Assembly (NCBI RefSeq): GCF_006345805.1
Contig: NC_043005.1
Coordinates: forward strand, 95,914,001 to 95,978,000
Length of the DNA: 64,000 nucleotides
Source of the DNA: Octopus sinensis
Taxonomy: Eukaryota
Direction: 5' to 3'
The notes below the pieces were generated by a model. It did no database searches and was not told where the DNA came from. It saw only the letters and a program-made list of their open reading frames with translations. This document shows, piece by piece, positions 22,552-36,119 of this stretch; positions within the stretch are counted from its first letter, which is position 1, and the number at the start of each line of letters is the position of its first letter. The translations under genes and the position numbers were made by a program.

Positions 22552-22720
22552 AATATAATATTAAAAACTATGAAACATGCTGTACCTTTAACTGGTAAAT
22601 GTTTTTCCTTTGACAAGGCAGAAATACACTAGAATTTTAGAAAAGAGGTAAATGAGTATCTGTGGCTGTCAAACTTTCCAACAGAAACTAGCAAACAGTG
22701 GAGAAAATTGACTTCAACTG

Positions 22721-22758
<38 letters not shown>

Positions 22759-22807
22759 TGTGTACAGTGCTCAGGTGCACTACAACTCATCTAAAGTGTA
22801 TATATAA

Positions 22808-25574
22808 TCAGGTGTAGTTTTGGCGGATTTCGGAAAGCATGAGGGCCTTAAAAGATGCAGTGTCATGGCAGTCAACAACTGACGCAGGCAGTTTATTCCA
22901 TGCTTCAGCAACTCTGAGCGTGAAAAAATGTTTCCAAAAGTCATGGGAGCTGTATTGTTTTCTGACTTTGTAGGCATGTCCACGTGTGTTAGACACATGG
23001 AGATCAAAAAGGTGTTCAGTGTTGTTGTTGGTGAGGTGGTTGATAACTTTGTGGGTGTTTACCAAGTCCGTCGCCAAACGCCGGAGCTTCAGTGAATCCA
23101 TGCCCAGGGAAACAAGGCGCTCAGAATATGGTAGGTGTCTGATGGAGGGTATGCGTTTGGTTGCACGTCTCTGGACAGATTCCAGGAGGTCAATGTTCTG
23201 TGCAAGATAGGGGTTCCAAACTGATGATGCGAATTCCAAGTGTGGTCGTACCATAGCTGTATACAGTTTTAAATAGATGGCTGGAGAGCGGCTAACAAAA
23301 GACCTGCTGAGTGATGCCAAGACACCCTCGGCCTTCCTGACAATCTTAGAGATATGCTTTGACCAACGCAAATCACTGCTGACAGTGATGCCTAGGTCAC
23401 GCTCGCAAGAGGATTTCTTGATATCAGTGTTGTGGAGGGAGTATGTGAACGCAGGGTTTTTTCTCCCAAAATGCATGGTGGTACACTTGTCCACAGCCAG
23501 TTTCAGTTGCCAGTCTGTGATCCATTGCTGCATTGTGTCTAGGTTTGATTGCAGGAAAGAGTTGTAGACATCAGGATCTGTCCTCTTGATTTCAAGGTAC
23601 AGCTTGATGTCGTCTGCATATTTCAATACTGTGGCATTCTTTAAATTGGCATCTATGTCGTTAATGTATGCCACAAACAAGAGGGGACCAAGGACAGATC
23701 CCTGTGGTACACCCGATGACATCTCATATGGTGTAGAGTGCTGTCCTAGAACTGTGACTACCTCCTTTCGGCTGAGGATGAAGGATTTCAACCAGTTAAA
23801 AAGGTCATCCCCCACACCCATTGCAGAGAGTTTCACCATAAGCCTTTTGTGTGGCACAGAGTTGAAAGCCTTAGCAAAGTCAAGGTAGACAACATCCACC
23901 CATGAGCCACTGTCAGTAATCTGAGTAATGTCCTCAAGGAACTCGACAAGCTGGTCACTGCAGCTGGAGTTAGGGACAAATCCATATTGTGAGGGTCGGA
24001 TGAGACTGTGAGAGCTCCAGAAGTTCTAGAGTGTTTCTCTGACACACGATTCCATCAGTTTTGCAATACAGCTAGTGAGACTGACTGGGCGATAGTTGAC
24101 AGGTGATGTGCGGTCGCCGCTTTTTGAACAGAGGAATGACACTGGCAGTTTTCCACTGCTCTGGAGTAGCACCATTGTTGAGACAGTACTGGAAGAAAAT
24201 AGAAAGCTGGTGTAAAAGGAAGTGCCTGCCACGTTTGAGAAGCAGGTATGTAACTCCATCGAGACCAGGGGAGGCATAGTTGCGCTTATTTTGAAGGTGA
24301 CGTCGCAGCATTGCAGGTGTAAATTCCATAGTTGTTATGGAGTTTGCTGTTAGTGATGGTGAAGATGGTACATTTTGACTTTCAACAGTGAATATGTTTG
24401 CATAGCACTCGGCAATGAGTTCTGCGCATTCCTTGGGGTCGTCAGTGATCTGGTTTGTGTGAGGGTTGCGAAGAGGGCCCACTGGAGAGTGAGGTCTCTG
24501 CTTTGAGTGCACATATTTCCAGAAAACCTTGCTGTCAGGATTGGCTGCTATGCACTGTTCAAATTCAAGCACTGCTTTTTTTGTCACTTGCTTGAGATGG
24601 TTGGAGGATTTATTCCGCTTCTTCCTGTTGGTGTCTGATTTATGCAACCTGTATTTCCGTTCAGCAGTCCGATGTTCCCTCCTGGCAAGTCGGACCGCTG
24701 AAGTTTCCCAAATTGCCCTTTTGGGGCGGTTCTTCTTTTTTTGTTTACGTGGCACTGATGCTGCACATGCTGCCCATATTGAGTCCAGGATACTCTGGAG
24801 TATAGTATTCACATCTCCAGAGTTGTAGAATTCACGCCAGTTTGGGTGCTGTAGTTCAGTGTGGTACAGGTTCCAATCTGCTCTCTTCCAATCGAAGGAA
24901 GCAGATTGGAGATGGTTCAGGTTTTTGTTGCCCGCAAGAGCCAGATTGGCGATGATCATAGCATGATCAGAGTCACCTAGAGGTTCCTCCGTAGTGCAAT
25001 TGATAACCGCTTCAGGAGTTGTGGTGAAGAGCAGGTCCAAGGTGTTGTCGCCTCTTGTTGGAGAGGTGACTACTTGTGACCAGTTTGAGTCCAGCACAAG
25101 CTCAACAAAATCGTTTGCACTCTGTGGCCAATGGAAGGTCTCCCAATCGATCTCAGGATGATTGAAATCGCCTGCAATAAACACATAAGTGGCTGTTTTC
25201 CTGGCAGCAGCTCGGAGGACATTGCAAAGCTGTGTGTCCCGATGGTAACTTGGGGGACGATAAACAACGCCAAGCAGGAGTGTTGACATGGTCATACGCA
25301 CGTCACAGAAAAAAACTTCTTCTTGTGATTCGTTCAAATCGGTACAAGGAATTACCAAAAAATTTGAACGAACGTAGACCATCACACCACCACCACGGCG
25401 GTTAGTGCGGTCCTTACGGAAGAGGTTGTACCCCGTAATGTTGAAAACCCCATCACAGAGTAAGGAATGCGCCCATGTTTCCGTGACAGTGATGAAGTCA
25501 GGGTCAACACTTCTGACGTAGGCGTTGAACAAATGTATTTTGTTGCATAAACTGTGAGCATTTAAGGACAACAA
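22808..25574 (-). pseudogene. CR1 ORF2 (APE endonuclease + reverse transcriptase) broken by one frameshift (~24120) and one stop (24026-24028)
   Basis: ORF pieces 24072-25574, 24026-24277 and 22808-23899 join into one ORF2 when the two lesions are bridged. Confidence 0.88.
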
Positions 25575-25630
25575 TTTGTACCCTGCTCGCAGTTTATGAT
25601 GGTGTGTAGAGGATGGCAGGTTGTTCTGGC

Positions 25631-26409
25631 TTAGTTTCCCTGAGTTGCTGTAGTCTTTTTAGTTATTGTGGGTAGAGAGCACTCAGACCAGCTGGTATCT
25701 CTCTTCCACGTTTCAGCAGTCTTGACAAATCTCCAGATTTGTCCATCTTCCCGAAGACTGAAGCTTTCCTGTAGAGCTGAGTTCCTATTCAGGGAAGCCA
25801 CTACACGTAGCTTCGGACGTACATCGGACGGTAAGCCTGGGCGTGTTCGGAAGGTGGTCCGATTTTCCCGCCCAGCTTTAACTGAGGCCAGATGGTAAGA
25901 GGTTGCCTCAGTGGGGTCCGTAAAAGACAACTTGATGAGCCTAGGTTTTGGGCCAGGTCGTCCAAGGCGGATAGCACCCGTTGGGGGAACGCAGCCTAGG
26001 TCTTTGGCTGAGTTGGCAGCAAAAGCCTGAAGATCAGCCATGTCTTCTGGCACCCCAATGGCAATGACTTCATGGGTGGCAGAATCCGCGGTCTTAAATG
26101 CGACAAGAGGTACAGGTACAGGGAGGTTCTTTAGCAGAGCATTCCGATAAGACCCCTCATTGTGGAGTCCAACCTGAATGGTTGCTTTTATTCCTGCTAC
26201 TTCCCCTTTTAAAGCACAGATCGATTGTTGCAGTTCTGCAAGAACCGCACTGGTCAATTGGTGTTGTTGTTGTTGCTGCTGTTGCTCTGGTTGTGGTTGA
26301 TTTTGTTGTTGCTGTTGTTGTTGTTGCTGCTGCTCTGGTTGTGGTTGATTTTGTTGTTGCTGCTGCTCTGGTTGTGGTTGATTTTGTTGTTGCTGCTGCT
26401 GCTGCTCTA

Positions 26410-26460
<51 letters not shown>

Positions 26461-26520
26461 CTGGTTGTGGTTGATTTTGTTGTTGCTGCTGTTGCTGTTC
26501 CGCCTCCTCCACGGGAGTGG
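25631..26520 (-). CDS. CR1 ORF1 (open, probably 5'-truncated) with ~80-codon polyQ/QNQPQPE tract
   Basis: Open frame with a heptad-like segment (LAELQQSICALKGEVAGIK) and RLG...KPRLIKLSF typical of LINE ORF1. Confidence 0.7.
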
Positions 26521-26549
26521 CAGGGGGAGACACAAAACTAACCAATGAT

Positions 26550-26708
26550 AATAGGCAGAGGCATGGCTTTGTAGTAAGAAGTTTGCTTTCCAACCATATG
26601 ATCTCAGGTTCAGTCCCAATGTGTGGCACTTTGGGCAAGTATCTCTGCTTTAGCCCTAGGTTGACCAAAGCCCTGTAAGTGAGAATGGAAACTGAGAGAA
26701 GCTCATTG
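26550..26708 (+). mobile_element. tRNA-derived SINE family A, interrupted by the MITE; continues after 27878
   Basis: A/B-box-like head (GGTTCAGTCCC) and CTTTGGGCAAGT body shared with 43622-43790. Confidence 0.75.
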
Positions 26709-27870
26709 GGATCTTTTCCTTTTGATGGACGGAATTTTCTAGTTAACTAAACAATTTGAAACTTCGTATACTGGTAACATGTGTCAAAAGAAAACATTAT
26801 TGTAAACAAAATTTTAATCAATGAAATATACCAGCATTTGAGCTCAAATCATTTGCTGCGTCTAAAAACTCAAACAATATCTTGTTGAATGTAAACAGCA
26901 CACACACACACACACACACGTGTTATTCATCCTTCTCTCTTCTTTCTTCTGCATGTGCCAGAAATAACAGCTATATCTCTTAAATCGATGAATTTCGTCG
27001 CCCAATAAAAATATTAACGATATTTTTTGAATATTTTCTTTATTTTTTTTTTACCGAAAAGGCTTCTCCCATGGTTTTGAAGGGCCAGAAACAACAAAAA
27101 CAAAACAATAATATGCCTAAATCGGTGTAGAGGGTGCACGTGGAGTGTGGGTTGTATTGTAAAAATTTGCGAAATATTTTTTCATAAAAGGATGCCCCAG
27201 CTTGTCAGAGGCTGTGATATAAATTGGGGAAAAAATCCTCGACACCAGTGCGTAATTGGTACTTAATTTATCGACCCCAAAACGATGAAACATTGACCCC
27301 GCCCACCATACATTTCTGGTTTATTTACCTTTTGTGTAAATTTGTTGCGGCAAGGGGCAAAACAGAGGGGACAAAGCATGAGAGACAAAAGTATTAAGTC
27401 GATTCTATCGACACCAGTGCGAACTCACGAACATGTATGTATGCTTGTGTGCGTATGTGTGTGTATGTATATCTCCGTTTGTATGTGTGTGTACGCTTAT
27501 ATATTAATTACTATGTGCTTGTGCAAATGTATATGCATGTGTTTGAGAGAGAGAGAGAGAAAGTGACAGAGAGTGTGTGTGTGTGTAAGTATACGTGTGT
27601 ATGTATCTGAATATGTGTGTGTGTGTGTATGCGGCGTGCGTCTGCTATGTTTCTTTATCAATATCGATAACGCAGCTAATGATTTGAGCTCAAATGCTGG
27701 TATTTCATTGGTTAAAATTCGAAGAATTAAACTACGTTAAACTTACAAATTACAATTTTGTTTTCAATTTTGTTTACAATAATGTTTTCTTTTGACACAT
27801 TCTACCAGTATACGAAGTTTCAAATTGTTTAGTTAACTAGAAAATTCCGTCCATCAAAAGGAAAAGATCC
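26709..27870. mobile_element. Non-autonomous DNA transposon with ~150-bp TIRs and 8-bp TSD
   Basis: TIR GGATCTTTTCCTTTGATGGACGGAATTTTCTAG at both ends; flanks GCTCATTG / ACTCATTG (7 of 8 identical). Confidence 0.85.
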
Positions 27871-29160
27871 ACTCATTGTATATACACGCACATGCATATG
27901 TGCATGTGTAAGTATGTGTGACAGTTTCCTTGTCTTGACTTCATATGATCTTAAATCATGCAAGCATGATTTAAGATCACACGAAGTCAAGACAATTTTC
28001 TGTGAAACATGTCTAGTCATGGAGAATATTATCTTTGAAACAGGTAGGAAGGGCATCTGGCTGAAGAAAATCCACCTTAACAAATTTCACCTGACCTATG
28101 CAAGCATGGAAAGGTGGATGTTGAAATGCCAATAGAGATGATGATGAGTTACCTCTTGGTTGTTGCTACTAACCATAAAAGTACAGAGCAAACACCTTTG
28201 ATCCATATTAAAAATATCTTTTCATTCAATGTAAGGCTTAATTTTTTAAGAGGAAGCAGTACAATTATGAATAGTCTGAATCAACCCCATTATATTACTA
28301 GTATCAGGTGCGGTCCCAGGAAGTTTTCAAAGGGAGGGCACCAGGTCAGAAGGGAATACAATTCCAGGAGAAAAGGGAGTAATAACATTATTTAGAAGGG
28401 TGTGTTTCTTTTCTTGGGTGGGACGGGGGCACGTGCCCCTTGTTCCCCACCTCCTTGGGTCCTCCAAGTACTTATTTTATGAACTTCATATGGTTGAAAG
28501 GCAAAAATCAACCCAGGTAGGATTTGAACTCTGAATGAACAGGGATGCAATTAAAAGCTATCAGGTATTTCTTTCAGCATTTTACTACTTCATTCAATTT
28601 CCCTAACCTTATTTTCTTTTTTAAATCAATATTACAAAGAACATATTCACAAGATATTTCTAGAAAATACAGGAGTCATTCAACAGACATTCAGCCCAAA
28701 TTCTATACAAAATGTATGTTACATACTAGTGGGACATAAAAACAAAATGAAGCAACCATGATCAAGAGTTTATAATGTTAACCCAATGCAAAAAGTGAGT
28801 GCATGCCAATTAAGAACGTAATTACATACAAAAGATATTGGTCCATGTGCAGACAATGGATGGACAAGTGAACGACTCCAGCCACAAATTTTCATCTCAC
28901 TTTAAACAATCATTAAACACAGCATCCAAAATCATACAAAATTTAAGAAAAAGTTTATATGTCTCTATACTGTGAAACAGAAAGAAATATAATATCTACT
29001 TGGCTCTGAAACCCCTACAGTATAATTTTATAGTACAATAAGGCATTTATATCACACATAAACCATTATATAATAATAAGTCCTTTAGAAATGATTAAAA
29101 TGTTACTAACAGAATTAAAGAACTCGAAAATTATTCTCAGGGTAGACTTGGAAGATTACA

Positions 29161-29519
29161 TCTTTATATATAAAAGAGAGGTTGTGTGCTGTCTGTCTCC
29201 TACGATTTAGATTCTTAACTACTCCCACATTTTGCGGTGCAGTTAAACCAAAACCGGGTATCTTATAGTCGTGATTCATATCGAGCCCTTCTGGGTATTA
29301 GTGTGCGTCTACGATGAGTCTATGATTTAAAAAAAAATTTACCATCAATTTTTCTTATTTTTTAATGTATTATTAAATCTCAGAACGTAAAAAGCAACAG
29401 TAACACCCCCCCCCTTTGTGGTTAGCCATATTGAGATGGCTATTATACTTTACATCTCAAAAAATGCTTATATTGTTAATTCCCTTACAAACCCGAGCAA
29501 TGCCGGGCAATACTGCTAG
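29161..29519 (+). mobile_element. Non-autonomous Helitron family A
   Basis: A|TCTTTATATATAAAAG ... CCCGAGCAATGCCGGG ... CTAG|T. Confidence 0.88.
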
Positions 29520-32094
29520 TTTAGAATAAAGTAATTCATATTCTCTACAGTATGTCAAATAATTTTCTTCACACAATAATTGCCAAATGTACATCAGCAG
29601 ATAGGTTTATTCTGAACACACACTGAATAAATGAGAGAGAAATTGAAGACAAATGAAACCAAACTGGGTCAAAAATCATGACTTTTAAATGTCAAAACCC
29701 ACATTTTATTCTTTCTCTTGGGGTTATAACCCCACAATTCTGTTTTAAACAAAGCTAGAAATATTTTCTTACACTTAATTAATCCGTGTATTCTACAAAA
29801 TGATACCACATTTTCATTAAAAAAAAAAGGAAACTGATGAATTTTAAAAACTTATATTTGATGATGATGCAAAAATGCTGATAATAATAAAAAATAACAA
29901 CTTAAAGTCAAAAAATATAAAAGCATCAACTTTCATTCTAATTTAAAAATCCACAGTGGATATTCTAAATGATGTGCATGGGTTTGGGTGCTGTATTGTA
30001 TTCCTTTCTACAATAGGTAAAAAGCCTGAAATTTTATGGGAGGGAGGGGCTAGTTGGTTACATTGACCCCAGTGCTCAACTGGTACTTATTTTATCAACC
30101 CCCAAAAGGATGAAAGGCAAAGTCGACCGCGGTGGAATGCAAAGACAGACGAAATGCCACAAAGCATTTTGTCTGGAGCGCTAATGATTTAGGCAGCTCA
30201 TCACCTGGGGGGGGGGGCTGTATTACCCTATGCATTAGAATTGTAACAGTTCATATAAAAAGAATTAATATCACTGAATAATATATTTGGTGACAAAATA
30301 CAGACTTATAATTACAATTATTCAATCTGACTACAAAGAGCAGTCCTCCATACTCTACAAGCATGCCACAGACCAACATGGAGGCACACTGGGTCAACTT
30401 GACATCTGCATTTTGTCCATCACCCAAGGGACCCAACACTCACACAAGTGCAGGAGTGTATCCTCATACATGGAGCATCCCCAGTGAATATTAATTTGAT
30501 TAATATGAATTTAAAACCAGTGGTGTAGCATATAAGAACATAGTGGATCTTCTTCAAGCATAATGGATGTCCAGTTACAGTTCATTGCTGTTATATAATA
30601 CTTTCACTTTAATAGTTTTAGTATTAAAGTGAAAACACGTGACATTACAATAGAGAGATGTTTTTTGTTTCACTTTTGACACGTAATACTGAAATAGTGG
30701 AGAAGATATTGCTGTGGGCTCGCACTGGGCAAAAAGTTAAAAAAATTTTTTACCCATGACACTACATGGACCCTAAGTAAGGCATATGTAAAATTTGAAT
30801 GAAATTGGTTGTGTAGTTCTCAAGTTTTAGGGATTCACACAGACAGAGAGACACACATTCTCAGTTTTATATATATAGATATATATATATATTAATGTAT
30901 GTATATGTATATATATATATTGTGAATTTTAGGTTAGTTAAAATATCTTTGCGACATATCTCAACTGCCAAAGGCAAATTCACTACAGTTACCATGAAGA
31001 AAAAATTCTCTCTTATGATACAATATATATTGTATTTTAAAACACAGCATCCATAAGAGATTTCATCTCAAACAAAAACTGCCAGTAACTTGCCTGAGTG
31101 TTTACATTAAGTATGATTCATAGATAGCAATTTTAATTTGATACTTGAATTGTGTACACTGTACTGCATTATAAATACACGCACACACACACACATATAT
31201 AGACAGAGTGAGAGAGAAAATACACTTTTGACTATCCTAGCTGTTCTATCAATAAAACTATTTACACACTGAATTAGGATGTAAGTGGCTGAGAATTTCA
31301 CAAACATAAATATTCAGACAGAATCAATTCAACACAGAGTATGACAAGCCTTTAAATTAAAAAGAACACTCCGTCTGACAAGCTTCAACATAATTTCCAT
31401 CTACCTATTTTCACTCACAAGGCTTGAGTTGACATGAGGCTGTGCTAGAAGGCATTTTCCCCAGGTCCTCACACACCAAGATTGAACCTGACATGTGGGA
31501 TTGAAAGTCACAAACGACTTGGCTGAACCTACTTTTGTGGCTGTGAAGTTGAGAAGCTTGCTTCCGAACCATGTGGTCTTGGGTTCCACTACACGGTACC
31601 TTGGGCAAGTGTCTTTTACGATAGCCTTGAGTCAACCAAAGCCTTATGAGTAGATTCGGTAGGCAGAAACTGAAAGAAGTCCATCCTCTCTCTTTCTTCC
31701 TCCCCGCTGTCTATCATATAATGATTGTAAACGAATATCATCACCATACAAGCAATGCTTTTGTTTCCAGTCTTCCATGGAAAACATATCTGGTCATGGG
31801 AAATATTATCTTGCTGAAAAACTGATGAGGGTTGATGGTAGGAAGGGCATCCAGCCATCAAAAAATTCCATCTGATGCATGCTTGGAAATGTGGGCATTA
31901 GATAATGACAATATATATATATATATACAAATGATGATGATGGTGATGATGATGATGATTGATGTATATATGACTATATATATGTCAATGTATATGTGTA
32001 TATATTGATGTATATATATGACAATATATATATATATATGTTAATATATATATATATCATCATCATCATCATCTAAATATATATATAATGCAAA

Positions 32095-32502
32095 GTGAAT
32101 GTATGCATACAATAATCAATATATTTATTATAATAGTCAATTCATGTTGCCTACGTGCATTTCAGTTTAATTGAATTGCATTATGAATTTGAAAAAGCAA
32201 AAACCTTCATTGGGGCAAAGAGTAGAAGTCAACTGTTATTTTTTCATACACTTAACAGATGGAGAGTTCATTCTAATTGAATTGTAGTCTGTGCTCCAAG
32301 ACGCACAGACTACAGCTCAATCAGAATGAACACTCCATCTGTTAGGATGTATGAAAAAATAACAGTCAATTTCTATTCTTTGCCCTGATGAAGGTTTTTG
32401 CTAGCTGCATAAGTATGGATTTAAGTAATTAAACTGAAATGCACAAAGGCAACATGAATTGACTATTATAATAAATATATTGATTACTCTGTATATACAT
32501 TC
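32095..32502. repeat. Fold-back palindrome (~200-bp arms, loop 32295-32302) with degenerate hammerhead in each arm
   Basis: Mirror arms; right arm TTGCC-CTGATGA...GAAATGCAC-AAA-GGCAA, left arm (minus) TTGCC-CCAATGA...GAAATGCAC-GTA-GGCAA. Confidence 0.85.
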
Positions 32503-32721
32503 TCCATTTTCTCTGCACTGTTAAAATATTTTCTCCTATATTCAATGAATGGAAGCGTCTATAGTGACAACTGGAATTTCAAGAGTGTAAGGTACTAATT
32601 ATCAGAGAAGAACCAGCACTAGTAATATTCACATGTGGAATTTACAGTATCGTTAATTGATATAGAACTAAACCGGTGCATGCTTGGATAAATATCCCTA
32701 GGAAAGAACAACCTTTCTATG

Positions 32722-32754
32722 TTTCTGACGAAGAGCTCCGCTCGAAACGTTAAA
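32722..32754 (+). ncRNA. Minimal type I hammerhead ribozyme motif (loop-less palindromic stem III)
   Basis: TTT-CTGACGA-A-GAGC-TCC-GCTC-GAAA-CGTT-AAA; predicted cut after 32751. Confidence 0.65.
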
Positions 32755-32868
32755 TCCTCTTTCTTTCTTTCCTTCCTGAGTATCCAATAACACTATACTT
32801 GTTCCATGTCCTCGCATTGTTGTGTTTTCTCTTTGTGTTTTCATATTTGGATTAGCTTTATATATATG

Positions 32869-32947
<79 letters not shown>

Positions 32948-32949
<2 letters not shown>

Positions 32950-34152
32950 TATATATGTGGGAAATTCTGTCAGTGAGTGTGTTTGTTTGTGGAGTTGTTA
33001 GCTAACTCCTACATCATTTTATCGATTTTGATAAAATTTGACATGTGAGTAGAACTCATGTCTGGAAACCTCGTGACATTGTTGAAAAAAATCGATAATA
33101 AGGCCCCTGGAAGAGATCCTTATATCTACTACATATAACTAATATATTTTATTTAAATACCCAAGGGAAATAACCCATAGCACCTGCACTTACAATTGTC
33201 AGTTTTTAGCGAAGCAATCAATATTTGATTCTCACAATCAGCGGACCTAATTCTGCATTTCACTACTCACAGTTTTGAACTGCTAAACCTTATTATTGCA
33301 CTTTCTTGATTTGAATCTTAAACCTTAAAGACTTCATTCATACATTTATATACATACATACTTTTTTGCACTTATATATGCTACATTTATATATTAGCTT
33401 TAATAAATTAGCTTTGATAAAGTTAACATTTAAAATGCCATGACTTCACAAGCTGCTCTAATGTGACAACGGCAATCTCAAGTAAGTCTCTGATTCATTA
33501 TGTTTGATATTTACTAAATCAAACAATTATTCTTCATCTATTCTACTTCAATATCTAAACAGTTATATGCATATTGCTGTAATTAATTTAGACATTGCAT
33601 TAATAGACATTTTTTCAACATCTACAAATAACTAAATGCTGGCAATGCATGCAGGGTTTTCAATTAAATTTGATTACATTTTGAATGCCCATAATTCTGC
33701 ATTTTTCCAGTTAAACTTTTTCGATGACAGAAGATAAATTTTTGATTCCAGAATATATTTAATAAGTGTGTCCCAATCCTGCTTTTTCTCATGGACAGCT
33801 CTGTCGGATGCTCTAGAGTTGGAAATCCGGAAAATTTATTCATCTATGCACCCAATGGCAAAACCAAAAATATTGTGTATCATGAAGCCCTGAAAGACTG
33901 AAATTTTGGAACAAAGATGCCTCTCCCTCCAACAAGCTCTCTCGCCAACCTCTGAAAACCTCTCTCACCAACCTCTGACAATCTCTTCCTCCTCCAGCTG
34001 ACAGTTTTTTTTTTACTTTTTCGTGACGGAAAATACACCTTTTGTGGCAGTTAAAATGAAATTGCTTTTTTATATCAGAATAATAAAGCATTTAAATAAG
34101 GTGTTTATATAGAACATCCTTACCCCTAGGAATTACCAGGTACACCAACTAG
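32948..34152 (+). mobile_element. Probable non-autonomous Helitron
   Basis: Helitron-like 5' CTATATATG start; 3' CCCTAGG..CCAGG hairpin-like segment then CTAG|T. Confidence 0.55.
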
Positions 34153-36119
34153 TATATATATATTTTGCTTAAACATTGTGAGTTTGATGTTCCTCAGGCA
34201 CTCGACTCTGCATTGTATAGCAGAAGCAGCTGGAAGATAATTGTTTATTCCTTTATTATCTCATTTTATATATACATACACACACGTGTGTGTGTGCGTG
34301 ACTATATGTGTGTGTGTATATGCACATATAAGCTAAGTGATTAAGACTCACACACACAAATATGCATGTGTGTGTGTGTGTGTGTGTGCATGTGTGTATG
34401 TCTATCACATGTGAAAGTCAGCTCTAGTTTTTCTCAGTTAACAGATCAACATTTTCTGGTCAAAATGTTATCTTGTGTTTGAATTCCATGAGATTAAAGA
34501 AATAAATTTCCCCCATTATCATAAACTTTGATGTACAATTCACACAAGCATTGGGTTAAAGATTTTCAAATTCATTATCAAACAAGCACCGCAATTATTG
34601 CAGCATAATCAGCACAAAAGCCATCACTCCATCTATTCTTCTACAAGGTAGACCCACATGCATTTGAACTATAAATCATTATAAATATAATATCTCTGAA
34701 TATAATAAATATAATATCTAAATATAATATCATAAATATAATAATAATATAAATATAATATAATATAAATATAATATCTCTGAATAGGTCATATTTCCCA
34801 GTATACAAAGTTTCATCATTCTGTAGTGTATAGGCTTAGGGTTGGAGCAAGGGTTAGGGTTAAGGTTATTATTTATGAAGTAGTGTAACCAGTGTTATCA
34901 GATAAGGAGGGACCAAAAGCAGTACCATTTAATGTAAAGACTCAATAATTACTAGAATTGATTACTGTTCACTATTGCTATGAGCTATATCTATCAGAGA
35001 AACTGTATAAAAGTTAGGTCAAAGGTAGAGCACAATCTCACTTGGTAGGATATCTGATGTTAGTTTCTGTAGAAGAAACCACTAGGTCATGGACTAGTAC
35101 CAGGTTGTGGATCATCTGGTAGCAGGCTGCACAGAGAGAATAAATTTTAAAATTTTAAGTTGTATTATACTAGCTTCAAATGTTGGCACAAAACCAGCAA
35201 TTTCAGAAGGAGATGTAAGTCAAGTACAGCAACTGCAGGGCTCAACTGGCACTTATTTTATCAACCCTGAAAGTATGAAATGCAAAGTCGACCTCGGCAG
35301 AATTTAAACTCAGAATATAAAGACAGGCAAAATGCCATTAAGATGTTTGCCTGGTGTGCTAACAATTTTTCCTGCTTGCTGCCTTAGTTGTATTTTATAT
35401 ATTACAATATAATAATAGAAATAAAATACATAATATACAATGTACACATTACATCTGTATTATGGAGGGCGGACTTTAAACGATGATGATGATGATGATG
35501 ATGACTATACACTTGATTGTGTTTTGCCATGTGTGTGAAACCCTGGTCTGTGGAAAAATTGTCTTGTATGAAGCTGGCACAGGTAGCAAACAAAGATAGT
35601 TGAGTACTTTTAGTTTTAATATGTTGGCCACCTTGTCTCATTTCTTGTTCTGTTCCAGGGTCCTAATACAATATCTTAATTTTGATATGAGCCCCATAAT
35701 ATTTTTTCACTATAGCATATGTGACATAAGGATCAGATAGAAAGTGTTTTACCCACAACCCACTGGTGTGTCATTTGGTACCTTCTGTTTTGCTAATTAT
35801 ATTTTTCTGTTTTCTCAGTCTTGTATTTTATCTCATTACATGGTAAAACTCAGTATGATATAAATGTGAAAATCAAAACAAAAACAAAAAAAATTATAGT
35901 ATGTAGACTAAAAAAAAAATGCTGCTGTAGTGTACCATAATCATATACTTAAGAAACTGTAGCATAACAGCTCTCAAAAGATATGAGAAAACCTACTGGA
36001 TGATTGTGTAGGTTTTACAAACATAACCACCTCTACCCTCTGATGGCTCATGCAGGAACCAATGTGTTAAAATTCTTCATCTTGTGAGAAAATGCCTCTC
36101 AGAAAAAGGGAGAAAAAAC

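Larger units (their letters stand above)
22717..26545 (-). mobile_element. Near full-length CR1-clade LINE with (ATT)n tail
   Basis: ORF1 (coiled-coil/RRM-like), APE domain (LLSLNAHSLCNK, ITETW, GDFNHP, LDLLF, SDH), RT (YRPVSLTS, YLDFAKAF, GVPQGSVLGP, YADD), CR1-type C-terminus RGH...FFTLRVAEAWNKLP; tail at 22717-22758. Confidence 0.93.

Noticed and set aside
26098-26541. Plus-strand poly-Val/Ala/Leu ORFs
   Set aside because: Antisense shadows of the polyQ tract
26521-26668. N-terminal extension of the 345-aa ORF
   Set aside because: It is the antisense reading of a family A SINE abutting the LINE, not part of ORF1
30390-30500. Minus-strand peptide GCSMYEDTLLHLCECWVPWVMDK as a host exon
   Set aside because: No AG acceptor between the upstream in-frame stop and the peptide
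34670-34785. AT-rich TAAATATAATATC-type minisatellite
   Set aside because: Ordinary slippage repeat with no further structure
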